DNA of 52,516 nucleotides from an uncultured Verrucomicrobiota bacterium (lineage in GTDB: Bacteria; Verrucomicrobiota; Verrucomicrobiia; JABWAM01): NCBI GenBank assembly GCA_964653025.1, contig CAZZBZ010000008.1:1-52516 (forward strand). Reading direction: 5' to 3'. The first letter of the stretch is position 1. Each line of letters starts with the position of its first letter. Shown piece by piece: positions 11,514 to 21,770 of this stretch. The notes below the pieces were generated by a model. The model searched no databases, had not been told where the DNA came from, and was given only the letters and a program-made list of their open reading frames with translations. The translations under genes and the position numbers were made by a program.

Positions 11514-12353
11514 TTACAAGCTCGCGACGGTGCGGTGATAGGCGTAGAGGGCCTCGAGCTCGTCGAGCGTCGACATCACTGCGGCTGAAGGTTTCCGCCC
11601 GAGCGTGCAGGGCACGATTTCGAGGAGGCTGTTCGTTAAGAAAATCCCATTTGCCCTTCGGCAGTCGGCGACGCGAATCTCCTTTTCCAGGACTCGGCGC
11701 CCCTCGCGCCGCGCGAGCTTGATGAGCTCGGCCCGGGTGATGCCGGGCAAGCACCCGCTGGAGAGTGGGGGGGTGACGAGCGCGCCGTCCTTGAGGAGGA
11801 AGACATTGCTCGCGGTCGCCTCGATCACGCGGCCGTGAGCATCGAGAAGGAGGGCCTCGTCGAAGCCCGCGCGCTCGGCCTCCAGCTTGGCGATCACATG
11901 GGGCAAGTAGCTGAGCGACTTGAGCGGGAGCGGGGCCACGGGTTTGGGGTGGAAGCGGAGCTTCCAGACCTCACGTTTGCGGGTAGCCACAGAGCGTTCG
12001 CGGGCGCAGATCGCGACCTGGGCCGTTCCCGCGCCGCGGGGGGAGAACCCAAGATAGCCCTCGCCGCGGGTGACGATGATGCGGGCGAAACCCTCGTGGA
12101 TCCGGTTGGTGAGGGCGACCTCGCGGGTGAAAATCTCGAGCTCGTCGCGGTTGAAGGGAATGCGGATGCCGAGGGTTTTCAGGCCCCGCGTCAGGCGACG
12201 GAGGTGTGCGGCGAGGCGGAAAAACTTACCCTGGTTGATGAGGACCGTCTCGAAGAGGCCGTCGCCGTAGAGTAGACCGCGGTCGAAGACGGAGATCGCG
12301 GCCCGGTCCTCGGGAACGAACCGACGGTTGAGGAAGACCACTTTCGTCGCCAT
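11514..12353 (-). CDS. Aminotransferase class IV (IlvE/PabC-like)
   Basis: DRGLLYGDGLFET, PLP lysine in LKSLSY, EATASNVF, LPGITR. Confidence 0.9.
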   Translation of the reverse strand: MATKVVFLNRRFVPEDRAAISVFDRGLLYGDGLFETVLINQGKFFRLAAHLRRLTRGLKTLGIRIPFNRDELEIFTREVALTNRIHEGFARIIVTRGEGYLGFSPRGAGTAQVAICARERSVATRKREVWKLRFHPKPVAPLPLKSLSYLPHVIAKLEAERAGFDEALLLDAHGRVIEATASNVFLLKDGALVTPPLSSGCLPGITRAELIKLARREGRRVLEKEIRVADCRRANGIFLTNSLLEIVPCTLGRKPSAAVMSTLDELEALYAYHRTVASL

Positions 12354-12425
12354 TCCAAAAGTGTGACACCCCGCCGCCCCTTCGCCAAGGGAAGAAAACC
12401 GCCGACCGATCGAAGAGGAACACGA

Positions 12426-13415
12426 TCACGCCGTGATCGCGTCGATCCGTTTCAACTCGTCGGAGGAGAAGTCGGGCTTCGCGAGGGCGGCGACGAGTTC
12501 CTCGACCTGGGCGACCTTGCTCGCGCCGGTGAGCGCGGAGGTCACCTCGGGGCGGCGCAGGACCCACGCCACCGCCATTTGGGCGAGGCTCTGCCCGCGC
12601 GCCTTCGCGATCTCGTTGAGCTTTCGGACCTTCACGAGCTTTTCCTCGGTCACGTGCTCGGGACGCAGAAAACCGTGCGGCTTGGAGGCACGGGAGCCCT
12701 CGGGGATGCCCTTGAGGTACTTGTCGGTGAGCAGCCCCTGTGCGAGCGGGAGGAAGGCGATGCAGCCGATCCCCTCCTCGTGCAGCGCGTCGAGAAGCCC
12801 CTCCTCCACCCCGCGGTGGAGAAGGTGGTAGGCAGGCTGGTGAATGAGGCAGGGCGTGCCGAGGTCGCGGAGGATCTTCGCCGCGCGTCGGGTATCGTCA
12901 GGCTTGTAGCTGGAGATGCCCGCGTAGAGCGCCTTCCCGGAGCGGACCGCGTGGTCGAGCGCGCCCATCGTCTCCTCGAGCGGGGTCTCGGGGTCGGGTC
13001 GGTGGTGATAGAAGATGTCCACGTACTCCACCCCCATCCGACGCAGCGACTGGTCGAGGCTTGCGAGGAGGTTCTTCCGCGAACCCCACTCGCCGTACGG
13101 CCCCGGCCACATGAGGAAGCCGGCCTTCGTCGAGATCACGAGTTCGTCGCGGTGCGCGGCGAGGTCCAACCGCAGGATCTTCCCGAAGTTCTCCTCGGCG
13201 GAGCCCGGCGGCGGGCCGTAGTTGTTGGCGAGATCGAAGTGGGTAATCCCGAGGTCGAAGGCCCGGCGGATGATCGCACGGCCGTTCTCGAACGCGTCCA
13301 CCCCGCCGAAGTTGTGCCAGAGGCCGAGCGAGAGGGTGGGGAGTTTCAACCCGCTCCGCCCGCAGCGGCGGTAGGGCATCGTCGAGTAGCGTCGGGGGTC
13401 GGGGGAATGGGGCAT
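12426..13415 (-). CDS. mgrA: Aldo/keto reductase, L-glyceraldehyde 3-phosphate reductase (MgrA/YghZ)
   Basis: YRRCGRSGLKLP, GLWHNFG, FDLANNYGPPPGSAE, MWPGPYGEWGSRK. Confidence 0.92.
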   Translation of the reverse strand: MPHSPDPRRYSTMPYRRCGRSGLKLPTLSLGLWHNFGGVDAFENGRAIIRRAFDLGITHFDLANNYGPPPGSAEENFGKILRLDLAAHRDELVISTKAGFLMWPGPYGEWGSRKNLLASLDQSLRRMGVEYVDIFYHHRPDPETPLEETMGALDHAVRSGKALYAGISSYKPDDTRRAAKILRDLGTPCLIHQPAYHLLHRGVEEGLLDALHEEGIGCIAFLPLAQGLLTDKYLKGIPEGSRASKPHGFLRPEHVTEEKLVKVRKLNEIAKARGQSLAQMAVAWVLRRPEVTSALTGASKVAQVEELVAALAKPDFSSDELKRIDAITA

Positions 13416-13445
13416 GGGGAGGGACCGTGAGCGGCAAGTGGTGAT

Positions 13446-13515
13446 TGGGGAGCGGGAAGAGGAGAAAGGGAGAAATCGGAAAACTGAGAAAAGGAGAGAG
13501 GTGGAGGAGACAGGA
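13446..13515. repeat. Degenerate 8-mer periodic array (GGAGAAAN-like) upstream of mgrA
   Basis: ggagaaag ggagaaat cggaaaac tgagaaaa ggagagag. Confidence 0.5.
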
Positions 13516-13538
13516 TCGAGGGTCGGGTGTCGAGTGCG

Positions 13539-14057
13539 CTACCGCGCCTCTTGATACGCCTTGTTGAAGGCGGCCTCGGCGTTGACGCCGTAGGCGGCGA
13601 GGAAGCCGCTGCGAAACTCGGCGTAGGCGCTGCTCGGGCCGCGGACGAGATTGGCTCGCAGGTAGTTCACGAACTGATCCCACGTTGCCACCTCGTTCCT
13701 CAGGTCATGTGCCCAGTCGCGTCCTAGGCGGGCGGAACTCGCCTCGGATTCCATCACGGGCGCCGGTGCAGGGGTGTAGGAGGTTTCCCGCACGACCACC
13801 ACCCGTTGGGGCTCCACGTAGTATGGCTCATAGCGGGGATAGTAAACCAGCGGCGATGGATAATAGACCGGGGCGTACCGTGGGCGGAAGTAGCCTGGGG
13901 GCGAACAGTAGACCTGCCGCGGGGCGGGATACCCGGGACCGCAGGAACCGTAGGCGGGGAATCCGAACCCGACACTGACCCTTACCCCCGCACGTGCGGC
14001 TTGCGGGGAGAGGGCGGCAAGGCACAGTCCAAGTCCGAGGAGAGATGAGGTTTTCAT
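13539..14057 (-). CDS. Hypothetical secreted protein, Pro/Tyr-rich with C-terminal helical domain
   Basis: Signal peptide ending ARA, then GVRVSVGFG, P/Y-rich linker and globular C-terminus. Confidence 0.7.
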   Translation of the reverse strand: MKTSSLLGLGLCLAALSPQAARAGVRVSVGFGFPAYGSCGPGYPAPRQVYCSPPGYFRPRYAPVYYPSPLVYYPRYEPYYVEPQRVVVVRETSYTPAPAPVMESEASSARLGRDWAHDLRNEVATWDQFVNYLRANLVRGPSSAYAEFRSGFLAAYGVNAEAAFNKAYQEAR

Positions 14058-14121
14058 GCGAAGTGGGAGTTGAGGTTTTGGGATGTTTCCGGTCGATCAA
14101 ACAAGGGGAACCGTCCAAAGT

Positions 14122-14169
14122 TTCGAACTTACCTACCGTTCGGTATAATCGATTTGAAATGGATGTCAA
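14122..14169. promoter_or_regulatory. Possible overlapping divergent sigma70 promoters
   Basis: + strand TATAAT at 14144-14149; - strand TTGACA (14169-14164) N16 TATACC; AT-rich divergent intergenic region. Confidence 0.35.
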
Positions 14170-14311
14170 GCGGGAGCGCGGGAGGCACTCCTCTCAATGC
14201 CCCGGTGCCACGGTCAAACGGGCGCGCCCCGCCGTAGCGGCGCTACGGCCTCGCAGGCGGGCTGGGAGAAAAAAACCGACAGAGACGCCATGCGCCCTTG
14301 GCGGGCGCACC

Positions 14312-16792
14312 GTGACATTGGGACTTGTTCGCTTTCGGAAATACTCTATCAACTTAGTTTGTAGAAGGGTTTTTACGGTATTTGAACCTTACAGCATCGG
14401 TCCCCGGACCCGGGTCGGATGGGGGGTCGCCAATCTCCTATTGGTGGCGGCCTACTATGCCACCGGCAAGCTGGGCCTTTTCTTTGCTACCGCGCACGGC
14501 AACGTCACCCTGATCTGGCTTCCCGCCGGTATTGTCCTGGCCGCTCTCATGGCCTGGGGCTGGCGCTGCATCCCCGGCATCATGCTGGGGGCCCTGCTGA
14601 CGAATTTTATCTCAAGCAACTCGCCCGTCTTTGCCGTGGCCGCGATGATGGGGAGCACCCTCTCGGCGATCGCCGGCGCCCTGTTACTTCGGGGGGTGAT
14701 CGGGTTTCACCGAGAAATGGACCGGGTGATGGACATGCTGGGCCTGGTCGGTCTCGCCTCGGCCCTCGCGACGATGCTCGCCGCCACCCTCGGGGTCGCG
14801 GGATTCTGCGCGGCCGGGTTCATGCCGTGGCATGACTACCGCGAGCTCTGGTGGCGTTGGTGGGTGGGGGACGCGATGGGCGTGCTCATGGTGGCCCCGC
14901 TGCTCTTCACACTGAGGATTACGAAGGTCCGGGGGGTGCGTTGGCGCCCCGTGATCCAGCTCGTGGCGATCCTTTTGGGCGGACTGGTCTGCAGCACCCT
15001 CGCCTTTATCGAGGGAAACCTGATGGAAAGTCGCCTGGCCATGCTTTTGGCGCTGCCGTTCATGGTCCTCGCGGCCTTCCGGTTCGGGCCTTCCGGGGTG
15101 GCCATGGTGAACTTCGTCGTCGCGGCCGCCGCCGCCACGCAGATCGCCCGGTCCACCCCGCGGCTGGATCCCCGCTGGATGGACGAACCGATGACCATCC
15201 TCTGGTTCTTCATGGTCGTCTGCGGGATCACGGCCCAGGTCATCGCCTCCGCGTTGCGGCAACGGCAGCGGTCCGAGGAGCTTTTTCGGTCGCTCGTGGA
15301 AACGTCCCCGGATGGGATCACCATCATGGACATGGAGGGGCGCCTCACGTTTGTGTCCCCGAGGACGGCCGCGATGTTCGGGCACGGGAGCCCCGGCAAC
15401 ATGCTCGGGAGGAATATTCTCGATCTCTTCGCGCCGGATTCCCGCGAACAGGGAATCCTCCTCCAACAGCAGTTGCGCCGCGGCCAGCCGGTAAATGCTG
15501 CCGAACACTCGGCGGTGAGGGCGGATGGCGCCTGCTTTTGGGCCGAAAGCTCCGGCCAGGTGCTGCGAGATGCCGATGGCAAGCCGAGCGCCATGTTCCT
15601 CATCACACGAAACATCACGGACCGAAAACGCCTCGAACAGGAGTGGCACCAGGCCCAGAAAATGGAGGCCATCGGACGCCTCGCGGGCGGCGTGGCCCAC
15701 GATTTCAACAATCTCCTCATGGTTATCGGGGGACAGGCCCGCCTCCTCCTCCGCAACCTCACCGCGCAGGATCCCGGATGGAAGCGTGCCGAGGCCATCC
15801 GCCAGGCGGCCAATCGCGCCGCGGGGATCACGCGGCAGTTGCTCACCCTCGGTCGCAAGCAGAGGGTCCAGGTCGTCCCGGTCAGCTTGGGCGCCCTCCT
15901 CGCCGAAATCTCATCCCTGCTCCACAATGTCGTGGGCGAGAAAGTTCGCCTGGCCCTGATTCCCCCGCTCAGGACGGTGGTCGTCCAGGTCGACCCCATG
16001 CAGCTCCAGCAGGTGCTGATCAATCTCGTGGTCAACGCCCGGGACGCCGTTTCCGAAGGGGGATCCATCTCCGTCGAGACGGAAACCCTCTCGATCGCCG
16101 AGGCCGATCCTCTCCATGGAAAACTGCCCACAGGCGACTATGTGGCCATCCATGTCCGGGACAATGGACACGGCATGGGCGCCGAGGTCAAAGCCCACCT
16201 ATTTGAACCCTTCTTCACCACAAAGAAGGACGGAAAGGGAACGGGGTTGGGGCTTTCCACCGCCTACGGGATCATCCGCCAGTTCGGGGGGCACATCTCG
16301 GTCCAGAGCGAAACCGAGAAGGGTGCCACCTTCAGCGTGGTGTTACCGCTCTCCAGGGAAGCCCCCCTGTCCTTGCGCCCCGAGGGAGGCGTCCACCCCC
16401 TGCCTGCCTCGAAGGTGGGGGAGGGGAAAACCATCCTTCTTGTGGAAGATGATCCCAACGTGCGCCCGGTGATCCGGGAGATGCTGGAATACCATGCCTT
16501 CCGCGTGGTCGAGGCCGGCAATGGTCAGGAGGCTCTGGATCTCCTCCGATCCTCTTCCAAAAAGGTGGACCTCGTGCTCAGCGACGTGGTCATGCCCGGA
16601 ATAAACGGCGACCAACTTGCGGAAATCGTGGGGCAGACCTGGCCCGACCTGCGAGTGATCCTGATGTCCGGCTATGCCAGCGACGTGATCCGCAGTGGTG
16701 ACCTCATCCGCAAGGGGCACCTACTCCTCGCGAAACCCCTGGATGAAGAGGCTCTCCTCAGCCAGATTCGGGCGATCCTCTCGCCCCGCTAG
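14312..16792 (+). CDS. Hybrid sensor histidine kinase (MASE1-PAS-HisKA-HATPase-REC)
   Basis: MASE1 helices (IWLPAG, WWVGDAMG), PAS, H-box AGGVAHDFNN, NLVVNARDA, DNGHGM, GTGLGL, receiver DVVMPG. Start uncertain (GTG 14312, TTG 14318/14441, GTG 14444). Confidence 0.9.
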   Translation: MTLGLVRFRKYSINLVCRRVFTVFEPYSIGPRTRVGWGVANLLLVAAYYATGKLGLFFATAHGNVTLIWLPAGIVLAALMAWGWRCIPGIMLGALLTNFISSNSPVFAVAAMMGSTLSAIAGALLLRGVIGFHREMDRVMDMLGLVGLASALATMLAATLGVAGFCAAGFMPWHDYRELWWRWWVGDAMGVLMVAPLLFTLRITKVRGVRWRPVIQLVAILLGGLVCSTLAFIEGNLMESRLAMLLALPFMVLAAFRFGPSGVAMVNFVVAAAAATQIARSTPRLDPRWMDEPMTILWFFMVVCGITAQVIASALRQRQRSEELFRSLVETSPDGITIMDMEGRLTFVSPRTAAMFGHGSPGNMLGRNILDLFAPDSREQGILLQQQLRRGQPVNAAEHSAVRADGACFWAESSGQVLRDADGKPSAMFLITRNITDRKRLEQEWHQAQKMEAIGRLAGGVAHDFNNLLMVIGGQARLLLRNLTAQDPGWKRAEAIRQAANRAAGITRQLLTLGRKQRVQVVPVSLGALLAEISSLLHNVVGEKVRLALIPPLRTVVVQVDPMQLQQVLINLVVNARDAVSEGGSISVETETLSIAEADPLHGKLPTGDYVAIHVRDNGHGMGAEVKAHLFEPFFTTKKDGKGTGLGLSTAYGIIRQFGGHISVQSETEKGATFSVVLPLSREAPLSLRPEGGVHPLPASKVGEGKTILLVEDDPNVRPVIREMLEYHAFRVVEAGNGQEALDLLRSSSKKVDLVLSDVVMPGINGDQLAEIVGQTWPDLRVILMSGYASDVIRSGDLIRKGHLLLAKPLDEEALLSQIRAILSPR

Positions 16793-16813
16793 TCCCATGC
16801 CGCTGTCCCTCGC

Positions 16814-18052
16814 ATGAGCCCCATGCGGATCATTGTCGTCGGCGGGGGCGCTGCCGGATTTTTCGCGGCGATCGCTGGCGCGGAGGCCGCGCCGGATGCG
16901 GAGGTGACCCTGCTTGAGCGGGGGGCCGGGTTTCTCGAAAAGGTCCGGATCTCCGGCGGCGGGCGCTGCAACGTCACCCATGCCTGTTTCGACCCGCGCG
17001 AACTCGCCACCCGCTACCCCCGCGGCGGGCGTGCCCTCATCGGCCCGCTGGGGCGCTTCGGGCCCCGGGAAACCGTCTCGTGGTTCGAGTCCCGCGGCGT
17101 CCCGCTCAAGACGGAAAAGGACGGGCGGATGTTTCCTGCCACGGACTCGTCGCGGACGATCATGGATTGCCTTCTCGCCGCCGCGCAGGCGGCCGGCGTG
17201 AAGCGGTTCCTCCACCGCGGGGTGGATCGCGCGGCGAAAGGTGCCACAGGCGGGTTCGACCTCGCCCTTTCCGATGGCTCGACGCTTTCCTGCGACCGCC
17301 TGCTGCTCGCGACCGGCGGGGCGCGCATGGCCGTGGGCGCGACGCTCGCGGTCTCCCTTGGCCACACGCTGGAACCCCCCGTTCCCTCGCTCTTTGCGTT
17401 CCAGGTCGAAAGCTCATGGCTGCGCGGGTTGGCCGGCGTTTCCGTGGAGTCCGCCGAGATATCCGTGCCGGATGAAGGACTCTCCGAGCGCGGCCCCGTG
17501 CTCGTTACGCACTCGGGGCTGAGCGGGCCGGCGGTCCTCCGCCTCTCCGCCTGGGGTGCGCGCAAGCTCCACGCCCTCGACGACCGGTTCCCCCTGCGCG
17601 TGAACTGGTTGCCGGGGCTCACGGCGGAAGCCGTGGCCGCGGTACTGCGCTCGGGGCGGGACCGCCACCCGGCGCGCCTTGTCACGAGCGCCCCGATCCC
17701 CCCGTTGCCGGCGCGCCTCTGGGAGAAACTTTGCCTCGCCGCCCGCATCGGGGCCGACACGCGCTGGGCCGCATTCTCCGCCCCGGCACAGCGCGCCCTT
17801 GTCGCACAGTTGATGCGTAGCGAGGTCCCTGTGACCGGCAAGAGCCTTAACAAGGAGGAGTTCGTCACCTGCGGCGGCGTGCGCCTCGCCGAGGTGGACT
17901 TTCGCACGATGGAAAGCCGCGTCTGCCCGGGGCTTCACCTCGCCGGGGAACTCCTCGACGTGGATGGGCTCACCGGCGGCTTCAACTTCCAGGCTGCGTG
18001 GACCACCGGATGGATTGCCGGAAGGTCCATGGCCGGCGCCGCGGGCCATTGA
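16814..18052 (+). CDS. NAD(P)/FAD-dependent oxidoreductase, HI0933/YhiN (BaiN) family
   Basis: GGGAAG, KVRISGGGRCNVT, GRMFP, FVTCGGV, GGFNFQAAW. Confidence 0.92.
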   Translation: MSPMRIIVVGGGAAGFFAAIAGAEAAPDAEVTLLERGAGFLEKVRISGGGRCNVTHACFDPRELATRYPRGGRALIGPLGRFGPRETVSWFESRGVPLKTEKDGRMFPATDSSRTIMDCLLAAAQAAGVKRFLHRGVDRAAKGATGGFDLALSDGSTLSCDRLLLATGGARMAVGATLAVSLGHTLEPPVPSLFAFQVESSWLRGLAGVSVESAEISVPDEGLSERGPVLVTHSGLSGPAVLRLSAWGARKLHALDDRFPLRVNWLPGLTAEAVAAVLRSGRDRHPARLVTSAPIPPLPARLWEKLCLAARIGADTRWAAFSAPAQRALVAQLMRSEVPVTGKSLNKEEFVTCGGVRLAEVDFRTMESRVCPGLHLAGELLDVDGLTGGFNFQAAWTTGWIAGRSMAGAAGH

Positions 18053-18091
18053 TCCGCCCTTCCCGTCCGAAACGATGAGGTTGAACGCATC

Positions 18092-18160
18092 CGGCGCGAG
18101 CCGCGCCTCCCACATACGGAGAGATGAGTCCGTTCATTGTGGGAGGCGTGGCTCGCGCCG
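18092..18160. repeat. Inverted pair of GTGG-headed REP-like palindromes between convergent genes
   Basis: cggcgcgagccgcgcctcccaca (18092-18114) vs tgtgggaggcgtggctcgcgccg (18138-18160): 23-bp IR, one mismatch. Confidence 0.65.
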
Positions 18161-18213
18161 ATCTTGGGAGGCAACCCCCTGTGTTCTTACCAAGAAATCT
18201 GTCGTGCCTCCCC

Positions 18214-18858
18214 CTACCAGCCCACGGCGCGGAGGATCTCGTGGGCGATGACGAGGTGGCCGCTGGGATTTGGGTGGACCGGCTCCGGGCAGAAGCGGTC
18301 GGCCTCGCGATAACGGAGTTGGCGCTGGAAGGCTTCGTGGGTCTTCACATGGATCGCCCGGTATTCCTTCGCGAGGCGCGCCACGATGCGCAGGTACGAG
18401 GGAAGGAGCGCATGGACCTTTCCCCGCCACGAATGAGGCGAGGTGTCGCGACTGATGTAGAACGGATCGATGAGAATGAGTTTCGCGCGCGTCGCCTTGC
18501 GCGTGCGATCGAGGATCTTACGGTAGCTGTCCTCGAAGCGCTTCGGAGGCACGGGATCGGGGTTGTTCGCCGCCGTGCGGTGGAGGTCGTTGATCCCGAT
18601 CTTGATCGAGAGCCAGTCCGGGCGGTGGCGGATCACATCGTCCTCCCAGCGGTTGAGGAGGTCGACCACGGTGTTGCCGCCGATCCCCTTGTTGATGAAG
18701 CGGAGCTTGCGCTCGGGATAGCGCGCGGTGATGAGATCGATTGTCTTTCTCACGTAGCCGTCGCCAAACGGCGCGGAGGAACCCCGCCGACCGCAGTCCG
18801 TGATGCTATCGCCGATGAAGAGGACGGTCTGGCCGTCTTTGAAGAGGAAACGTGACAT
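18214..18858 (-). CDS. SGNH/GDSL hydrolase
   Basis: FIGDSITD, KGIGGN, IGIND, EPVHP. Confidence 0.88.
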   Translation of the reverse strand: MSRFLFKDGQTVLFIGDSITDCGRRGSSAPFGDGYVRKTIDLITARYPERKLRFINKGIGGNTVVDLLNRWEDDVIRHRPDWLSIKIGINDLHRTAANNPDPVPPKRFEDSYRKILDRTRKATRAKLILIDPFYISRDTSPHSWRGKVHALLPSYLRIVARLAKEYRAIHVKTHEAFQRQLRYREADRFCPEPVHPNPSGHLVIAHEILRAVGW

Positions 18859-18974
18859 GGTGCGAATGTTTACGGGCTGCATCCCACGGATGCCAGCCGC
18901 AAATCCCGGGCGAACATCCTCGGGCGTCGGAAATCCGCGTTGATGCTTGGAGGGCGGTCCCCTAGGCTCGCGGA

Positions 18975-20282
18975 ATGATCGCCCGCTACACCCGGCCGGA
19001 AATGGCCGCCATCTGGACGGAAGAGAACAAGCTCGCCATCTGGCTCCGCATCGAGGTCCTCGCCTGCGAGGGGCGCCACAAGATTCTCCGCGAGATTCCC
19101 GCGCGCGACCTCGCGATCATCAAGCGTCGCGCTGGTTTCTCCATCGCGCGTTGCCTTGAAATCGAGAAGCGCACGAACCACGACGTGATCGCCTTTCTCG
19201 AGAACGTCGCCGAGCGCATCGGGAAGAAACCCGCCCGCCACGTCCACCAGGGGCTCACCTCGAGCGACCTTCTCGATACCACCCTCGCCGTCCAGATGCG
19301 GCAGAGCGCCGACCTCCTCCTTCGCGGGTTCGACGCCCTCCGCCTCGCGATTGCCAAGCGGGCGCGCGAGCACCGCGACACCCCGATGATGGGCCGCAGT
19401 CACGGCGTCCACGCGGAGCCGATCACCTTCGGCCTGAAAATGGCCCTGATGTACGACGAGTTTGGCCGCGCCCGGGAGCGCCTCTCTCGCGCTCGCGAGA
19501 ACGCCTCGGTTGGCAAGCTCTCCGGCGCGGTCGGTACCCGTGCGCACTTCGACCCGCGCGTCGAGGAGTGGGTCTGCCGCCGCCTCGGCCTGCGGGCCGC
19601 CACGCTCGCCACCCAGGTCATCCAGCGCGACCTCCACGCGGAGTTCATGGTGGCGCTCGCCCTTGCCGCCGCCTCGATCGAGCGCTGGGCCACCGAGTTT
19701 CGCCATCTCCAGCGCACCGAGGTGCTCGAGGCCGAGGAATTCTTCGCCCCCGGACAGAAAGGCTCCAGCGCGATGCCTCACAAGCGCAACCCCATCACTG
19801 CCGAACGCCTTACCGGGCAGGCCCGCATCATCCGCGGCAACCTCGTCGCGGCCCTCGAGAACGTCGCCCTCTGGCACGAGCGCGATATCTCGCACTCGAG
19901 CGTCGAGCGCGTGATTCTCCCCGACTCCTGCATCCTCCTCGACTTCATGCTGGCCGACCTCACGAAGCTTGTGGCGAAGATGAAGGTCTATCCCGCCAAC
20001 ATGCGCCGCAACATGGCGCGCTCGAAGGGGCTCCACCACTCCCAGCAGGTCCTCCTCGCCCTCACAGAGAAGGGCCTGCCCCGCAAGGAGGCCTACGAGC
20101 TCGTCCAAAAGTCCGCCATGGCCGCGTGGAACGACCCCGGCCCCGCGGATTTCCGCGAGCATCTCGGCCGCGATCCGCGCGCGCGTTCCCTCCTCTCGCC
20201 GAAGGACCTTGACCGATGCTTCGACGACTCCGCCCACTTCCGCCACAACAAGTGGGTCTTCCGCAAGCTCGGTCTCGCCTGA
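18975..20282 (+). CDS. purB: Adenylosuccinate lyase
   Basis: MIARY start, HDVIAF, GRSHGVHAEP, signature GSSAMPHKRNP. Confidence 0.97.
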   Translation: MIARYTRPEMAAIWTEENKLAIWLRIEVLACEGRHKILREIPARDLAIIKRRAGFSIARCLEIEKRTNHDVIAFLENVAERIGKKPARHVHQGLTSSDLLDTTLAVQMRQSADLLLRGFDALRLAIAKRAREHRDTPMMGRSHGVHAEPITFGLKMALMYDEFGRARERLSRARENASVGKLSGAVGTRAHFDPRVEEWVCRRLGLRAATLATQVIQRDLHAEFMVALALAAASIERWATEFRHLQRTEVLEAEEFFAPGQKGSSAMPHKRNPITAERLTGQARIIRGNLVAALENVALWHERDISHSSVERVILPDSCILLDFMLADLTKLVAKMKVYPANMRRNMARSKGLHHSQQVLLALTEKGLPRKEAYELVQKSAMAAWNDPGPADFREHLGRDPRARSLLSPKDLDRCFDDSAHFRHNKWVFRKLGLA

Positions 20283-20303
20283 TCAAGGCCCGAATCCTCG
20301 AAT

Positions 20304-20346
20304 GGAGGGACGGCGCCTGTCCCGCGACCGCGGCGTGTCGCCGTCC
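20304..20346 (+). repeat. GGAG-headed REP-like hairpin downstream of purB
   Basis: GGAG-GGACGGCG...CGCCGTCC. Confidence 0.45.
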
Positions 20347-20425
20347 GTTGGTTCCGCCTGCGGAGAATCCTCTTGCATCCCCCCTTCAAGAATGTCTAAT
20401 CGAGTTTACATGCTGATTAGCTGCA

Positions 20426-21376
20426 ATGACCTCGCGTATTGAGAACCTGACGCCCCGCGGGGAGGCGGGCGGGGTTTCCCTCACGCAGGTCCTGGTCTAC
20501 GAACTCCGTGTTCGCGACGCGATGACTCACGAACTCCGCACGGCGGCCCCCAGCGACTCGCTGCGCTCGATCCAACTCATGATGAAGGCGCACCGCATCT
20601 CGGGCGTCCCCATCGTCCAGGGGGGCGCCCTTCTCGGGATCGTCAGCATCGAGGACATCGTCCACGCCCTCGACAAGGGGCACATCAACGAGCGTGCCGA
20701 GTCCTGGATGACGCGCAGCCCGGTGATCATGCGGGACCACTACTCGCTCGTGCGTGCCGTGGCCGAGTTCGACCGCAACGGCTTCGGTCGTTTTCCCGTG
20801 ATCGATGCCGCCGGGGGGCTTGTCGGCATCATCACCCGGGGCGATATCACCAGCGCCCTCATGCACCACCTCGACCGGCGCGCCGAGGAGGCTGTCCGCC
20901 AGGCGGCCACCCAAGCCGCGGTCGCCCCGGACGAGGCCGCCCGCCGTGTCGTCCTCAACGCGGAGGTACGCGCCGGGAACTACGACAGCGCCGGCAAGCT
21001 TTCCCAACGCCTCCGCGAGATTCTCCGCAGCCGGGGCGTGGAACCGAATATCCGTCGTCGGGCGACGATCATCGCCTACGAGGCCGAGACCAACATCATT
21101 ATTCACTCCATCGGTGGGAACCTCACCGCCACGGTGACCCCGGACCTGGTCACCATCGAGGCCGTGGACACCGGCCCCGGCATCGAGAACCTCGATCTCG
21201 CCATGCAGGAGGGTTGGTCCACGGCCGGTCCGCTCGCCCGTGAGTTTGGATTTGGGGCGGGCATGGGCCTGCCCAACATCCGCCGTTGCGCGGACCACCT
21301 CGACATCAAGTCCGACCTCGCCGGCGGGACGCGCGTCCACGCCGAGGTGAGGCTCCAACCCACGGTCGCCCCATGA
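20426..21376 (+). CDS. CBS-pair plus RsbT-like Ser/Thr kinase (HATPase_c) fusion, hydrogenase-operon regulator
   Basis: Two CBS repeats (HRISGVPIV, GRFPVID), then YEAETNIIIHS, DTGPGI, GFGAGMGLPNI. Confidence 0.85.
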   Translation: MTSRIENLTPRGEAGGVSLTQVLVYELRVRDAMTHELRTAAPSDSLRSIQLMMKAHRISGVPIVQGGALLGIVSIEDIVHALDKGHINERAESWMTRSPVIMRDHYSLVRAVAEFDRNGFGRFPVIDAAGGLVGIITRGDITSALMHHLDRRAEEAVRQAATQAAVAPDEAARRVVLNAEVRAGNYDSAGKLSQRLREILRSRGVEPNIRRRATIIAYEAETNIIIHSIGGNLTATVTPDLVTIEAVDTGPGIENLDLAMQEGWSTAGPLAREFGFGAGMGLPNIRRCADHLDIKSDLAGGTRVHAEVRLQPTVAP

Positions 21377-21705
21377 AGATCGCCGACCTCATTGCCCGCC
21401 TCGACGCGGAGCCGATCGCGGGCGGCACGGACGCCGAAATCCGCGGCTGCTACATTTCCGACCTGCTGAGCGACGTGCTCGCCCACGCGTGTCCGGGCGT
21501 CCTCTGGGTCACCATCCAGACGCATCACAACGTGATTTCCGTCGCCTCGATGAAGGATATCGCCGCCGTGCTCATCACCTGCGGTCGCCGTCCCGATGCG
21601 TCCGTGCTTGCGGAAGCGAAGAGCAACGGCCTTACCATCCTCACGACGCCCCTGGGCACCTTCGCCGCCGCAGGCCGCCTCTGGGAGGCTGGTCTTAAGG
21701 ATTGA
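21373..21705 (+). CDS. DRTGG domain protein
   Basis: GCYISDLLSDVLA, WVTIQTHHNVISVA pattern of the DRTGG proteins found in hydrogenase operons; ATGA overlap. Confidence 0.85.
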   Translation: MKIADLIARLDAEPIAGGTDAEIRGCYISDLLSDVLAHACPGVLWVTIQTHHNVISVASMKDIAAVLITCGRRPDASVLAEAKSNGLTILTTPLGTFAAAGRLWEAGLKD

Positions 21706-21770
21706 TCGAAGATGCGAGGATCCGTTTCCTTGACTATTTTGCATCATTCGCTTCTTATCAAAAGCTATCC

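Noticed and set aside
21700-21770. FNR/Rex site or internal promoter before the nuoE-like gene
   Set aside because: AT-rich with TTGAT and TTGACT half-sites, but no correctly spaced palindrome or -10 element
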